From positions 1 through 18,702 of the IMG/VR virus record IMGVR_UViG_2690316273_000003: 18,702 nt of DNA, one strand, 5' to 3'. Below the pieces are notes generated by a model that saw nothing but the letters and a program-made list of their open reading frames with translations, was not told the origin of the DNA and searched no databases. Shown one piece after another: positions 11,657-18,657 of this stretch. Position 1 is the stretch's first letter. Each line of letters starts with the position of its first letter. A program made the position numbers and the translations under genes. This DNA is from a virus (lineage: Duplodnaviria; Heunggongvirae; Uroviricota; Caudoviricetes).

Positions 11657-12354
11657 AGATTGCTTTAGTTCTTCGCTCTGGTGGTGACTATAACGCTTCC
11701 GATGTGCAGTGGCTGGTTAATCAACTGCCAAAAGGCTATGAAATTATTTGCCTGACAGACCTGAAGCGTTTACATGTACCTGGCGTCAAAGTTGTCCCAT
11801 TGATCAACCAGTGGCAAAAGTGCCGTGGCTGGTGGGCGAAAATCGAGTTGTTCCGACCGGATATAACCGATGATCTGTTCTATCTGGATTTGGACACAGT
11901 TATTGCCGGTGATATACGCCCAATCCTTGAGAATCCACCAACCAGCTTCACCATGCTTAGGGATTTTTACCATCCACAATATCGTGGTAGCGGTGCCCTG
12001 TGGATACCAAATAGTGTAAAAGCGCATATCTGGAGTGCATTCTGGCAAGATCCGGAAGGTTGGGTTGCTCGTTGTGTTACTACTGAATGCTGGGGTGATC
12101 AGGGGTTTTTGCGGAAGGTTATGGGTGATGATACACCAGCATTTCAGGATCTGTATCCGGGATGGTTTGTAAGTTACAAGGCCGATGTTGTGGAACCTGG
12201 TTCGAAATATGCAAGCGCGCGTTACTCCAGGGGGAATGGGGCATTACCAAAAGACTGCCGAATAATCTTTTTCCACGGCAAACCGCGACCTCGCGAAGTG
12301 TCAGAGGATTGGCTTTCCCTTATTAGCTCATTTTTTGAGCAAAAATCAGAATAA
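11653..12354 (+). CDS. GT-A fold glycosyltransferase-like protein with DxD motif (GT8-like)
   Basis: 233 aa. Its start overlaps the phosphatase stop (ATGA). Hydrophobic strand followed by DxD ([14 protein letters not shown]) as in nucleotide-sugar-dependent GT-A enzymes. The C-terminal FFHGKPRP is loosely reminiscent of the GT8 H-x-x-G-x-x-KPW motif. No TM segment. Confidence 0.5.
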
Positions 12355-12355
12355 T

Positions 12356-12372
12356 ATTGCTCTAATAATTCC
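12356..12372 (+). promoter_or_regulatory. P1 C1 operator-like site (left arm of an inverted pair)
   Basis: ATTGCTCTAATAATTCC matches the C1 operator consensus at 14/17, with the first 13 positions exact. Starts one base after the stop of the GT-A gene. Confidence 0.5.
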
Positions 12373-12380
12373 ATATTTTT

Positions 12381-12410
12381 AAAACGTGATGTACACTCAT
12401 CACGTTTTTT
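12381..12410 (+). terminator. rho-independent terminator at the end of the phosphatase/glycosyltransferase operon
   Basis: Perfect 11-bp stem AAAACGTGATG / CATCACGTTTT with loop TACACT, followed by further T residues. The A-run/T-run symmetry makes it potentially bidirectional. Confidence 0.7.
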
Positions 12411-12421
12411 ATTAGAGCAAT
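12405..12421 (-). promoter_or_regulatory. P1 C1 operator-like site (right arm, inverted orientation)
   Basis: The reverse complement reads ATTGCTCTAATAAAAAA (14/17 to consensus). It forms a perfect 13-bp inverted repeat with 12356-12368 and lies 15 nt upstream of the ATG at 12436. Confidence 0.45.
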
Positions 12422-12435
12422 CTATAAGGTGCACT

Positions 12436-12654
12436 ATGTGGCCATTCCGACGGAAATATCACTACTGGCTGATCGCCTTTGTTACGCCGACCGGCGGTAT
12501 CAGGCATGTCATCACCAGGTATCGCAACAAGAGACTCACCTTAGCCAGAATTTTACAGGCTGCCATAGGTGAGGGACTGGATACAAATTGCGTAGTCCTT
12601 CCACCTTCATACTTAGGAAAAATGACCGAAGCACAAGCTAATACGGAACTTTGA
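12436..12654 (+). CDS. hypothetical small protein (72 aa), first gene of the operator-bounded cassette
   Basis: ORF with AAGGTG 6 nt upstream of the ATG. Its stop is 1 nt before the start of the 420-aa gene. No motif. Could be a small regulator or partner protein. Confidence 0.35.
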   Translation: MWPFRRKYHYWLIAFVTPTGGIRHVITRYRNKRLTLARILQAAIGEGLDTNCVVLPPSYLGKMTEAQANTEL

Positions 12655-12655
12655 A

Positions 12656-13918
12656 ATGAGCACTTCAGCACAAAACCAATCAATCGAAAATGTATCTATC
12701 CCTGACGTCCTGAATGCCGGTATCCCGGCCATTATCCAGAACATCCGGGCCGCGCAACGCCGCGTTAGTTGTGATGACCTCACAGCACGTTTTTTTGATA
12801 ATGCGGTTCAGTCAGCGGAGATGCTTCACGCACAGCTTATTGATGTTTATAACGCAGAAGCTGATAGCCATAACTCCATGGTAGATGCAGCTGAAAATAT
12901 GCAGTTGGATCTCGGTCTGAAGGGTAAAGAAATTGAAGAGCTTCAGCTGGAAATTGAACATTTGAAACGCCAGCAACAGGACGCGATCGACGATGCGACG
13001 CATGACGCCAACCAGCGTGCTGATAATGCCGAACGTATAAGCATTGAGCTGGAAACAAAACTCAATGAAATGACCACGATGGTTGAACTGCGGAACTCAC
13101 AGATTTCAACGCTAAAATCTCAATATAAAGAGATCATGAAACTTGATCCTTTTAACCTTGAGAAACGCTATAACAAAGCTAAAAGCGAGCGACAGGAACT
13201 GCGTAAGCAGGTCGCCGACCTTAACCAACAGCTCAAAAAAACTATTAAAGATGCAAGCGAAGCGCGCGTGGCATTTGCTAATAAAAAAGCAGAGGTTACC
13301 GCGCTGGTTAATGAGAATGCCAAATTTGCGACGCTCAAGAAGGAAATGTATGGCATTACTGAGCGCCGTTTCCCTGCAAGCAAACTTCATCCGACGTTAG
13401 GGCAAATCTCCTTCTTCCCGCGCCTCCTGGCTTATGGGATCTCATCGCCTAAAGAGTTCAATAACGAGCGTCCTTATATCGTTTCTAAGCTGGACTTTGC
13501 TTATCAGTTCTGCTGCGACATGGGCTATGCCATTGATATCCGGATCAACGAATGGTTGATGCCAAACTTCCAGCCGTTGGCCATTTTCCGCGAGTTCCAG
13601 CCGGAAGGTTGGGTAGAGTTCTTCCATGAATTGATCTGTAAAGAGATGGAAAGCCGCCGCCCGGAACTGGTCCGTCGAGTTGAGTGGGCGCAAGAGGTTA
13701 TGTTGGCAGAGGCAGAGCTGCCGTTCGAATCGGAATTTATTGATGATCTGGGAGCTAAAGGGCTGCATACCCTGTTTGATGTGGTTACCCGCCGTCATGA
13801 GCAGTTGGTTGTCGAATTGGGTTTAGAGGAAACAGCGGCAAGAAGACTTCTCGATGTTTGCTATGCACGTAGCGATGCATGGGAAAAAGAGAACGGCGGC
13901 ACTATTTACGTTCGCTGA
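12656..13918 (+). CDS. hypothetical protein with a long coiled-coil N-terminal half and an uncharacterised C-terminal domain
   Basis: 420 aa. Residues about 60-240 are heptad-like and rich in E/K/Q/L (LKGKEIEELQLEIEHLKRQQQDAIDD...RQELRKQVADLNQQLKK). The C-terminal 180 aa are globular with several Cys/Trp. No catalytic motif recognised. The gene looks more AT-rich than its neighbours by eye. Confidence 0.6.
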   Translation: MSTSAQNQSIENVSIPDVLNAGIPAIIQNIRAAQRRVSCDDLTARFFDNAVQSAEMLHAQLIDVYNAEADSHNSMVDAAENMQLDLGLKGKEIEELQLEIEHLKRQQQDAIDDATHDANQRADNAERISIELETKLNEMTTMVELRNSQISTLKSQYKEIMKLDPFNLEKRYNKAKSERQELRKQVADLNQQLKKTIKDASEARVAFANKKAEVTALVNENAKFATLKKEMYGITERRFPASKLHPTLGQISFFPRLLAYGISSPKEFNNERPYIVSKLDFAYQFCCDMGYAIDIRINEWLMPNFQPLAIFREFQPEGWVEFFHELICKEMESRRPELVRRVEWAQEVMLAEAELPFESEFIDDLGAKGLHTLFDVVTRRHEQLVVELGLEETAARRLLDVCYARSDAWEKENGGTIYVR

Positions 13919-13940
13919 CAGTTACAGTGTCACTTTTAAT

Positions 13941-13971
13941 GCTGGTGGAGTGCGCCCACCAGCATTTTTTT
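13941..13971 (+). terminator. rho-independent terminator after the 420-aa gene
   Basis: Stem GCTGGTGG / CCACCAGC with loop AGTGCGC, followed by ATTTTTTT. Begins 23 nt after the stop codon. Confidence 0.75.
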
Positions 13972-13990
13972 CGTCCAATGAGGAGGGCAT

Positions 13991-14497
13991 TTGAGTATTT
14001 TCAATAAACACGCACACCAGGAACGTCCGTACATCGTCATAGTAGATATTGATGGGACGATATCAGAGGCAACGGAAGACAGGCTGCATTTACTTCCACC
14101 ACCTGGCAAAGGTGCATTAACAGAGCACTGGAACGAGTTTAACCTTGCCTGTGACACTGATGCTCCCATCACTCCAGTTATTGATATGGTGCGCCAGTTG
14201 TCCGGCATTTACACCCTCTGGTTTGTAACCGGGCGCTGTGAGATAGCCAGGGATAAAACACGAGCCTGGTTGCGTAAGCACGTAACAAATGGGGCTGAGC
14301 CTTTGCTATCTATGCGTCCTGCCACCGATGACAGAAATGACGGTCCAGCAAAGATTGATCTCCTGAAGAAAATTGGTCTAAGTAAAATTGCGTTCGCGCT
14401 GGAAGATAAGATTGAAGTGGCGCGTGTTTTCAGGAGTCACGGCGTACTTACGTTAATGGTCAGGGAGTATGAAAACGCGCTTCTTCATCAACAATAA
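13991..14497 (+). CDS. HAD-superfamily phosphatase-like protein
   Basis: 168 aa from a TTG start with a strong RBS (AGGAGG 5 nt upstream). HAD motif I VIVDIDGTI (DxDGT). Candidate motif II at WFVTGR. An Asp-rich segment near the C-terminal third (ATDDRNDG). Confidence 0.5.
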   Translation: MSIFNKHAHQERPYIVIVDIDGTISEATEDRLHLLPPPGKGALTEHWNEFNLACDTDAPITPVIDMVRQLSGIYTLWFVTGRCEIARDKTRAWLRKHVTNGAEPLLSMRPATDDRNDGPAKIDLLKKIGLSKIAFALEDKIEVARVFRSHGVLTLMVREYENALLHQQ

Positions 14498-14513
14498 TTG
14501 CTCTAATAAATCT
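14497..14513 (+). promoter_or_regulatory. P1 C1 operator-like site (best match in the window)
   Basis: ATTGCTCTAATAAATCT matches the consensus ATTGCTCTAATAAATTT at 16/17. Overlaps the TAA stop of the HAD-like gene and precedes the operon starting at 14596. Confidence 0.55.
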
Positions 14514-14595
14514 TGATTTTTAAAACAGAGAAAGTGAAAATAAAAACATGCCGCAAGGCGCGGCATGTATCCAATCAATCACAGGAGCTGAAAAT

Positions 14596-14682
14596 ATGAA
14601 CACGGCATTCAAAATCATTATGGCCGCGATCTATTTCTGGCTGTTCTCTATCACTTTTGGCGGCATCGTCGCACATGGGTAA
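14596..14682 (+). CDS. small hydrophobic peptide (28 aa)
   Basis: Hand-translated MNTAFKIIMAAIYFWLFSITFGGIVAHG with RBS AGGAG 8 nt upstream of the ATG. Single predicted TM helix. Lies just upstream of the ASCH gene. Confidence 0.3.
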   Translation: MNTAFKIIMAAIYFWLFSITFGGIVAHG

Positions 14683-14691
14683 GGGGGATGC

Positions 14692-15273
14692 ATGAAAGGC
14701 GAAGTGAAAGAGCGCGGCATGATTTTTAACGATGAGATGGTCAGGGCAATTCTTGGCGGGAATAAAACACAGACTCGCAGGATTGTTGAAGAAAAATTCT
14801 ATGGACGGGCAGTGGCCGCAGAGTTGCTTGCTAAACATTGTCCATATGGTCAACCGGGAGATCGTATTTGGGTTCGTGAAACCTACCGGGTACATGGCAA
14901 AGCGACGGACGTCGCAACGCTGGTTTATCGCGCAAGCGTGCGTAACTCCTGGACAGAACAAACGCACCGGGTTCCGGTTGAGGTTTGTAATAAGCCAGTA
15001 TCAGAAAAGTGGACGCCATCAATTCACATGCCGCGCTGGGCATCGCGCATTCTTCTGGAAATTACCAACGTGCGCGTTGAGCGGTTGAACGATATCAGCG
15101 AATGCGATGCAAGGGCTGAGGGCGCACCAACAGAATCGACCCTCATTGGCGATAAGCATTACCCAGGTTTCCGCAGCCTATGGAAATCAATTTATGGCGA
15201 AGATAGTTGGAACGCTAATCCTTGGGTGTGGGTAATAGAGTTTGAGCGTATTCAGGGGGCAACCAGTGAGTGA
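14692..15273 (+). CDS. ASCH domain protein (PUA-like fold)
   Basis: 193 aa with RBS AGGGGG upstream. N-terminal MIFNDEMVRAILGGNKTQTRR matches the ASCH signature (hydrophobic-x-x-x-ail-G-K-T-x-x-R). Confidence 0.6.
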   Translation: MKGEVKERGMIFNDEMVRAILGGNKTQTRRIVEEKFYGRAVAAELLAKHCPYGQPGDRIWVRETYRVHGKATDVATLVYRASVRNSWTEQTHRVPVEVCNKPVSEKWTPSIHMPRWASRILLEITNVRVERLNDISECDARAEGAPTESTLIGDKHYPGFRSLWKSIYGEDSWNANPWVWVIEFERIQGATSE

Positions 15274-15532
15274 GTCAAAATGCCAAATTAATGGCAACAA
15301 GATAGAACCGTGCGCGGCGTTGGCACAATCCCTGGAGCATGACGCTGAATACACGACGCGAAAAGGTCTGCTGAAATACAAAATCTATAACCATGAATTA
15401 ATTCATTCACAAGACCTGATCATGCTGCGGTCTGGTGAATTTTCTAAATCGCCTATTCGAGTTTCATTTTGCCCGTTCTGTGGTGAAAGTCTGAAAACGT
15501 GGGAAGCGGAGGCAACCAGTGAGCAAAATTAA
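15266..15532 (+). CDS. small zinc-ribbon protein (about 88 aa)
   Basis: GTG start overlapping the ASCH stop, with RBS AGGGGG. Cys pairs KCQINGNKIEPC and CPFCGE. The track lists a TTG start at 15242. Confidence 0.4.
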   Translation: MSESKCQINGNKIEPCAALAQSLEHDAEYTTRKGLLKYKIYNHELIHSQDLIMLRSGEFSKSPIRVSFCPFCGESLKTWEAEATSEQN

Positions 15533-16220
15533 CTATCAGGCACTACGTGAGATAGCAAAACAGGCAACACAGGGCGAATGGGTCGCGTTTATTTCGACGG
15601 GTACAGGTACGTATGCTGTGCATACGCCCGGTGATAAACGATGTGAAGATGTTATCAAATGGACCGGCTTTGATGGACTGAAAAACGCAGAGAACAACGC
15701 TCGTTATATTGCCGCATTCAACCCAAAGGTTGCACTGGAGCTACTTGGTGAAATTAAGCGCCTGGAGGACACAAATATTGATGCTATGTGCCGAATAGCA
15801 CCGCTTGAGACTAAGCTCGCGGCTCTGGTGGCAGAGAACGCCGGGCTGAAACACGCAATGGCTGTAACTCTTGATCATGTGTCGGTCACGGATGCAGGGC
15901 AGGCCGGAGTTGCTGCAATGATTATCAACGATGCCCTACACCACAGCGAAACTCCAGCTACCGATGCTTTTCTGGCTGAAATTCGTGCGGAAGCACGCAA
16001 CGAGGGGATTAACTATACCGCCAGCCGTCTTGCTGCTGCGTTCAATCACGGATTTATCAATAAGTCTTTGCGTGAAGTTTTCGACGTTACGCGCATGATT
16101 CTGTCAGCGAAAGAAGAGTTGGCTAATGAACCGTACCCGATTGATGGCCTGTCCGGTGAATATGCGGAGAAATCCCTTGAAGAATGGGCGGAACAGATTC
16201 GCAAAGGAGCTGACAAGTGA
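15519..16220 (+). CDS. ead/Ea22-like family protein
   Basis: 233 aa from a GTG start with RBS GGAGG. N-terminus INYQALREIAKQATQGEW and central YIAAFNPKVALELLGEIKRLED match the conserved Ea22-like blocks of lambdoid early regions. Confidence 0.7.
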   Translation: MSKINYQALREIAKQATQGEWVAFISTGTGTYAVHTPGDKRCEDVIKWTGFDGLKNAENNARYIAAFNPKVALELLGEIKRLEDTNIDAMCRIAPLETKLAALVAENAGLKHAMAVTLDHVSVTDAGQAGVAAMIINDALHHSETPATDAFLAEIRAEARNEGINYTASRLAAAFNHGFINKSLREVFDVTRMILSAKEELANEPYPIDGLSGEYAEKSLEEWAEQIRKGADK

Positions 16221-16627
16221 AGAAGATGATTTTTGTCGCGGCATTGTTGGTGAATATCCAACAAGTGCATGCTTCAGCAGCTATTGTAGCCTCTACCGCC
16301 GCGACTACGGCTGCTGTAGCTGCTGCGAACTCTGCGAATATCGCAAACCAACAGGCACAGCGTGCTGCTAATGCATCAGCCAGCGTTCACCCAATCACCA
16401 TTAAGAGCAGTAAGCAAAATCTGGGATTCATAACGTGCGGCACGCGTTCTAATGAAGCTGTAGGCTCACTGGGATGTACGGTATATGGCGATAGTGAGCG
16501 CAGAGAAATTCCATGGAAAACGTGGCCCGGATACGTTCTCGGATCGAAGCTCCCTGCCAGCTACGAAGTAAATGCCGTATCGTTTGATCACTATAACGGC
16601 GTGGCAACTGTCTATTTTACATACTGA
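16217..16627 (+). CDS. putative secreted/periplasmic protein with N-terminal signal peptide
   Basis: GTG start overlapping the upstream stop with RBS AAGGAG; an alternative ATG lies at 16226. Signal-like MIFVAALLVNIQQVHA followed by an Ala/Thr-rich linker. Two Cys in the mature part. C-terminus ends in aromatic YFTY. Confidence 0.5.
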   Translation: MKKMIFVAALLVNIQQVHASAAIVASTAATTAAVAAANSANIANQQAQRAANASASVHPITIKSSKQNLGFITCGTRSNEAVGSLGCTVYGDSERREIPWKTWPGYVLGSKLPASYEVNAVSFDHYNGVATVYFTY

Positions 16628-16635
16628 GGCTCCGC

Positions 16636-17301
16636 ATGAAATTCTCCAAATTTTCTGAGTTGGTGAATCGTATTTTGTCCAACAACCACAGCCATCGTCG
16701 CGATATGGATGTAACGATCGTTGTTCATTCGCCTGGCAGCATTGGTTCAACACCATCAGTTGAGGTTCAGTCAATTCACGCTGGTTTTGATTGGGATTCC
16801 GGGAAAGTGCTGATTTTCCCAGCACAGCCACTGACCACGCTAACACCAGAACAGATTACTGATATTACTGATAGTGTGCGCAAAGGTCAGTCCTGGCACG
16901 CATATCAGGAATACAAGAAGCATAAAGAGCAGTTGGAAAAATTATCGATTGAACTTGATGCCGCAAAACAGCGCATTGCAGAGCTGGAGGGTAATTTCAC
17001 GGTGCTGGCAGTGGAGAATGCCTCAATGAAGCTGTTTATCAGGGGTTGTTGCTACGTGTTTGATGGCGAGCAGGATGAAATATCTGATGCGTATATCTGC
17101 GCAAGAGACGGAGGCATGCCGCAAACCCCGGCTACAGATGCTCTCCTGGCTGATGTACGGGCGGTGGCGTTTGACGAACTTCGCGCGGCGTTTGTCAGGC
17201 ACGCAAAAGTTGCAGGACTGGATGATGCCGATACCGTAACGCTTAAGGAAGTGACAGAAGCATTGTTGCATTGTGCGGAACAGATTCGCGCGCCTGAATA
17301 A
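16636..17301 (+). CDS. Ea22-like modular protein (shares a C-terminal module with the 15519 gene)
   Basis: 221 aa. Central coiled-coil (KEQLEKLSIELDAAKQRIAELEG). C-terminal block QTPATDALLADVRAVAFDELR...LHCAEQIRA parallels ETPATDAFLAEIRAEAR...WAEQIRKG in the upstream Ea22-like protein. Confidence 0.55.
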   Translation: MKFSKFSELVNRILSNNHSHRRDMDVTIVVHSPGSIGSTPSVEVQSIHAGFDWDSGKVLIFPAQPLTTLTPEQITDITDSVRKGQSWHAYQEYKKHKEQLEKLSIELDAAKQRIAELEGNFTVLAVENASMKLFIRGCCYVFDGEQDEISDAYICARDGGMPQTPATDALLADVRAVAFDELRAAFVRHAKVAGLDDADTVTLKEVTEALLHCAEQIRAPE

Positions 17302-17397
17302 TTAAATTTAGTGTTGTAAATAAAATTTAATCCTTAACCGGAGGGATTTCTGCACCCTCATAACATCAGGAGGCCGCCCGAGGGGCGGTAATGAAAA

Positions 17398-18111
17398 ATG
17401 GCTGAATTAACAAAAGAACAATTAATCGAAGAAGCTAAATTAAAAATAGCGATTGCGAAATGCCATCCCAATTCAGGCGTGGCACGAGTAGAGGGTGAGT
17501 TATTCAAAATTGCACTGGCATCGCTGGAAGCAGATCCAGTTGCTTATATTTTCAAACATCCGGCCGGGAAATTATTCTGGGCTTTAACGGATGAAAGCAA
17601 TAAAGAGCAAGCGGACGTTATTCCTGTTTATGCTGCCGCGCCTGCGTCGGTTGTGCCGGATAATGCATCAGAGCCTCTTGCTTATGCTTACAAAGAGCTT
17701 ACGCCTGAGATTATGCGCAACCATTTAGCTGTATTCGAGCGATATGGAATAGCCCCAAACGATAGCTCTACCACAATTCAGGCACTGCGAATCGCGCTGG
17801 ATGGCATAGAGCGGAGCGACGCCATGCTTCATGGTGCCGAACCTGTAAGCCAAACTTACAAGTTGAACCAGCTATCGGGCAACTCTCCGGTAACTCCGGA
17901 TGATTGGATAAGCTGTAGTGAGCGAATGCCGGATAGCAAAACAGCTGTTCTTGTTGCCAGGGAGTTTGACAGGAAAGGTGACTGGCGAATGAAGTGGGCG
18001 ACTTACATACCGGGACATCCTGACGCTAATGATGGTTGGATAATTCCTGGTGCGTCGTGGATTCCATCACACTGGATGCCGTTACCAGAACCGCCGCAGG
18101 AGGCAAAATGA
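17398..18111 (+). CDS. DUF551 domain-containing phage protein
   Basis: 237 aa. C-terminus WISCSERMPDSKTAVLVA...GWIIPGASWIPSHWMPLPEPP matches the DUF551 signature (W..C.ERLP...THWMPLPEPP). Confidence 0.7.
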   Translation: MAELTKEQLIEEAKLKIAIAKCHPNSGVARVEGELFKIALASLEADPVAYIFKHPAGKLFWALTDESNKEQADVIPVYAAAPASVVPDNASEPLAYAYKELTPEIMRNHLAVFERYGIAPNDSSTTIQALRIALDGIERSDAMLHGAEPVSQTYKLNQLSGNSPVTPDDWISCSERMPDSKTAVLVAREFDRKGDWRMKWATYIPGHPDANDGWIIPGASWIPSHWMPLPEPPQEAK

Positions 18112-18368
18112 TGGATGTAAAAGAGAAGGTTTTGCAGGTGATGCGTTCCCGTGCTGCCCTGCAAGAGAAAGCTCTCGGCGGGGAATATCCATTCACGATA
18201 GCAACCTGGAATCTGCGGTTGGCAATGGAGAAGGAATTTCCTGATGAAGAATGGCGTTCGGCAGATTTGCGCAAAATTCTTATTGGGATGGCTAAAGACG
18301 GAACAGTATCCAAAGATACCCATGCCAGCCGGATTGGTCAGGCGGTATGGAGACTGGAGGTGAGGTAA
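18108..18368 (+). CDS. hypothetical protein (86 aa)
   Basis: ATG overlaps the upstream stop (ATGA) with RBS AGGAGG. The track lists a longer ORF from 18036 that would overlap the DUF551 gene. No motif. Confidence 0.5.
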   Translation: MMDVKEKVLQVMRSRAALQEKALGGEYPFTIATWNLRLAMEKEFPDEEWRSADLRKILIGMAKDGTVSKDTHASRIGQAVWRLEVR

Positions 18369-18442
18369 TGAGCTGGCCTGAAGCATTTGCGATTGTAGGC
18401 GTAGCTATGGCGATTGCCGCTATTTTTATCTTCTGGGGGTAA
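18368..18442 (+). CDS. small hydrophobic peptide (24 aa)
   Basis: Hand-translated MSWPEAFAIVGVAMAIAAIFIFWG. Its ATG overlaps the upstream stop (TAATG). Single TM helix. Confidence 0.3.
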   Translation: MSWPEAFAIVGVAMAIAAIFIFWG

Positions 18443-18444
18443 CG

Positions 18445-18657
18445 ATGGGAAAATTAACTTTTGTAGTCGAATTTGAGGATGGCAAAGAGCCACCTGTTAG
18501 CGCCAATCTTGATGTTGCTGGTGGCAGGCTGGTTTCGGTTCTATTTGGTGATTACCGCGACGACTTCTTTCAGCCTGAAGAAGTTGATGTAGTGCGAGAA
18601 GCATTAAACGAGCTAAGTGCTGATGAATCCCCTAATGATTTTTATCAAAATCATTAA
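18445..18657 (+). CDS. hypothetical acidic small protein (70 aa)
   Basis: ORF starting 2 nt after the previous stop. Acidic composition. No motif. Confidence 0.45.
   Translation: MGKLTFVVEFEDGKEPPVSANLDVAGGRLVSVLFGDYRDDFFQPEEVDVVREALNELSADESPNDFYQNH

Noticed and set aside
14732-15088. 118-aa ORF overlapping the ASCH gene in another frame
   Set aside because: Fully nested within the ASCH ORF, which has a recognisable N-terminal signature and a good RBS.
17302-17340. Additional operator-like site in the AT-rich gap before the DUF551 gene
   Set aside because: The best alignment to the operator consensus was only about 11/17, which is indistinguishable from chance in AT-rich sequence.
8806-18657. 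Interpretation as a lambdoid prophage early-left or nin region
   Set aside because: Ea22-like, DUF551, VRR-NUC and PPase genes are lambdoid-typical, but the repeated P1 C1-operator-like motif, the Ban-like helicase with a tRNA, and the TerB module fit a P1-like element better. The lambdoid-type genes are treated as mosaic accessory content.
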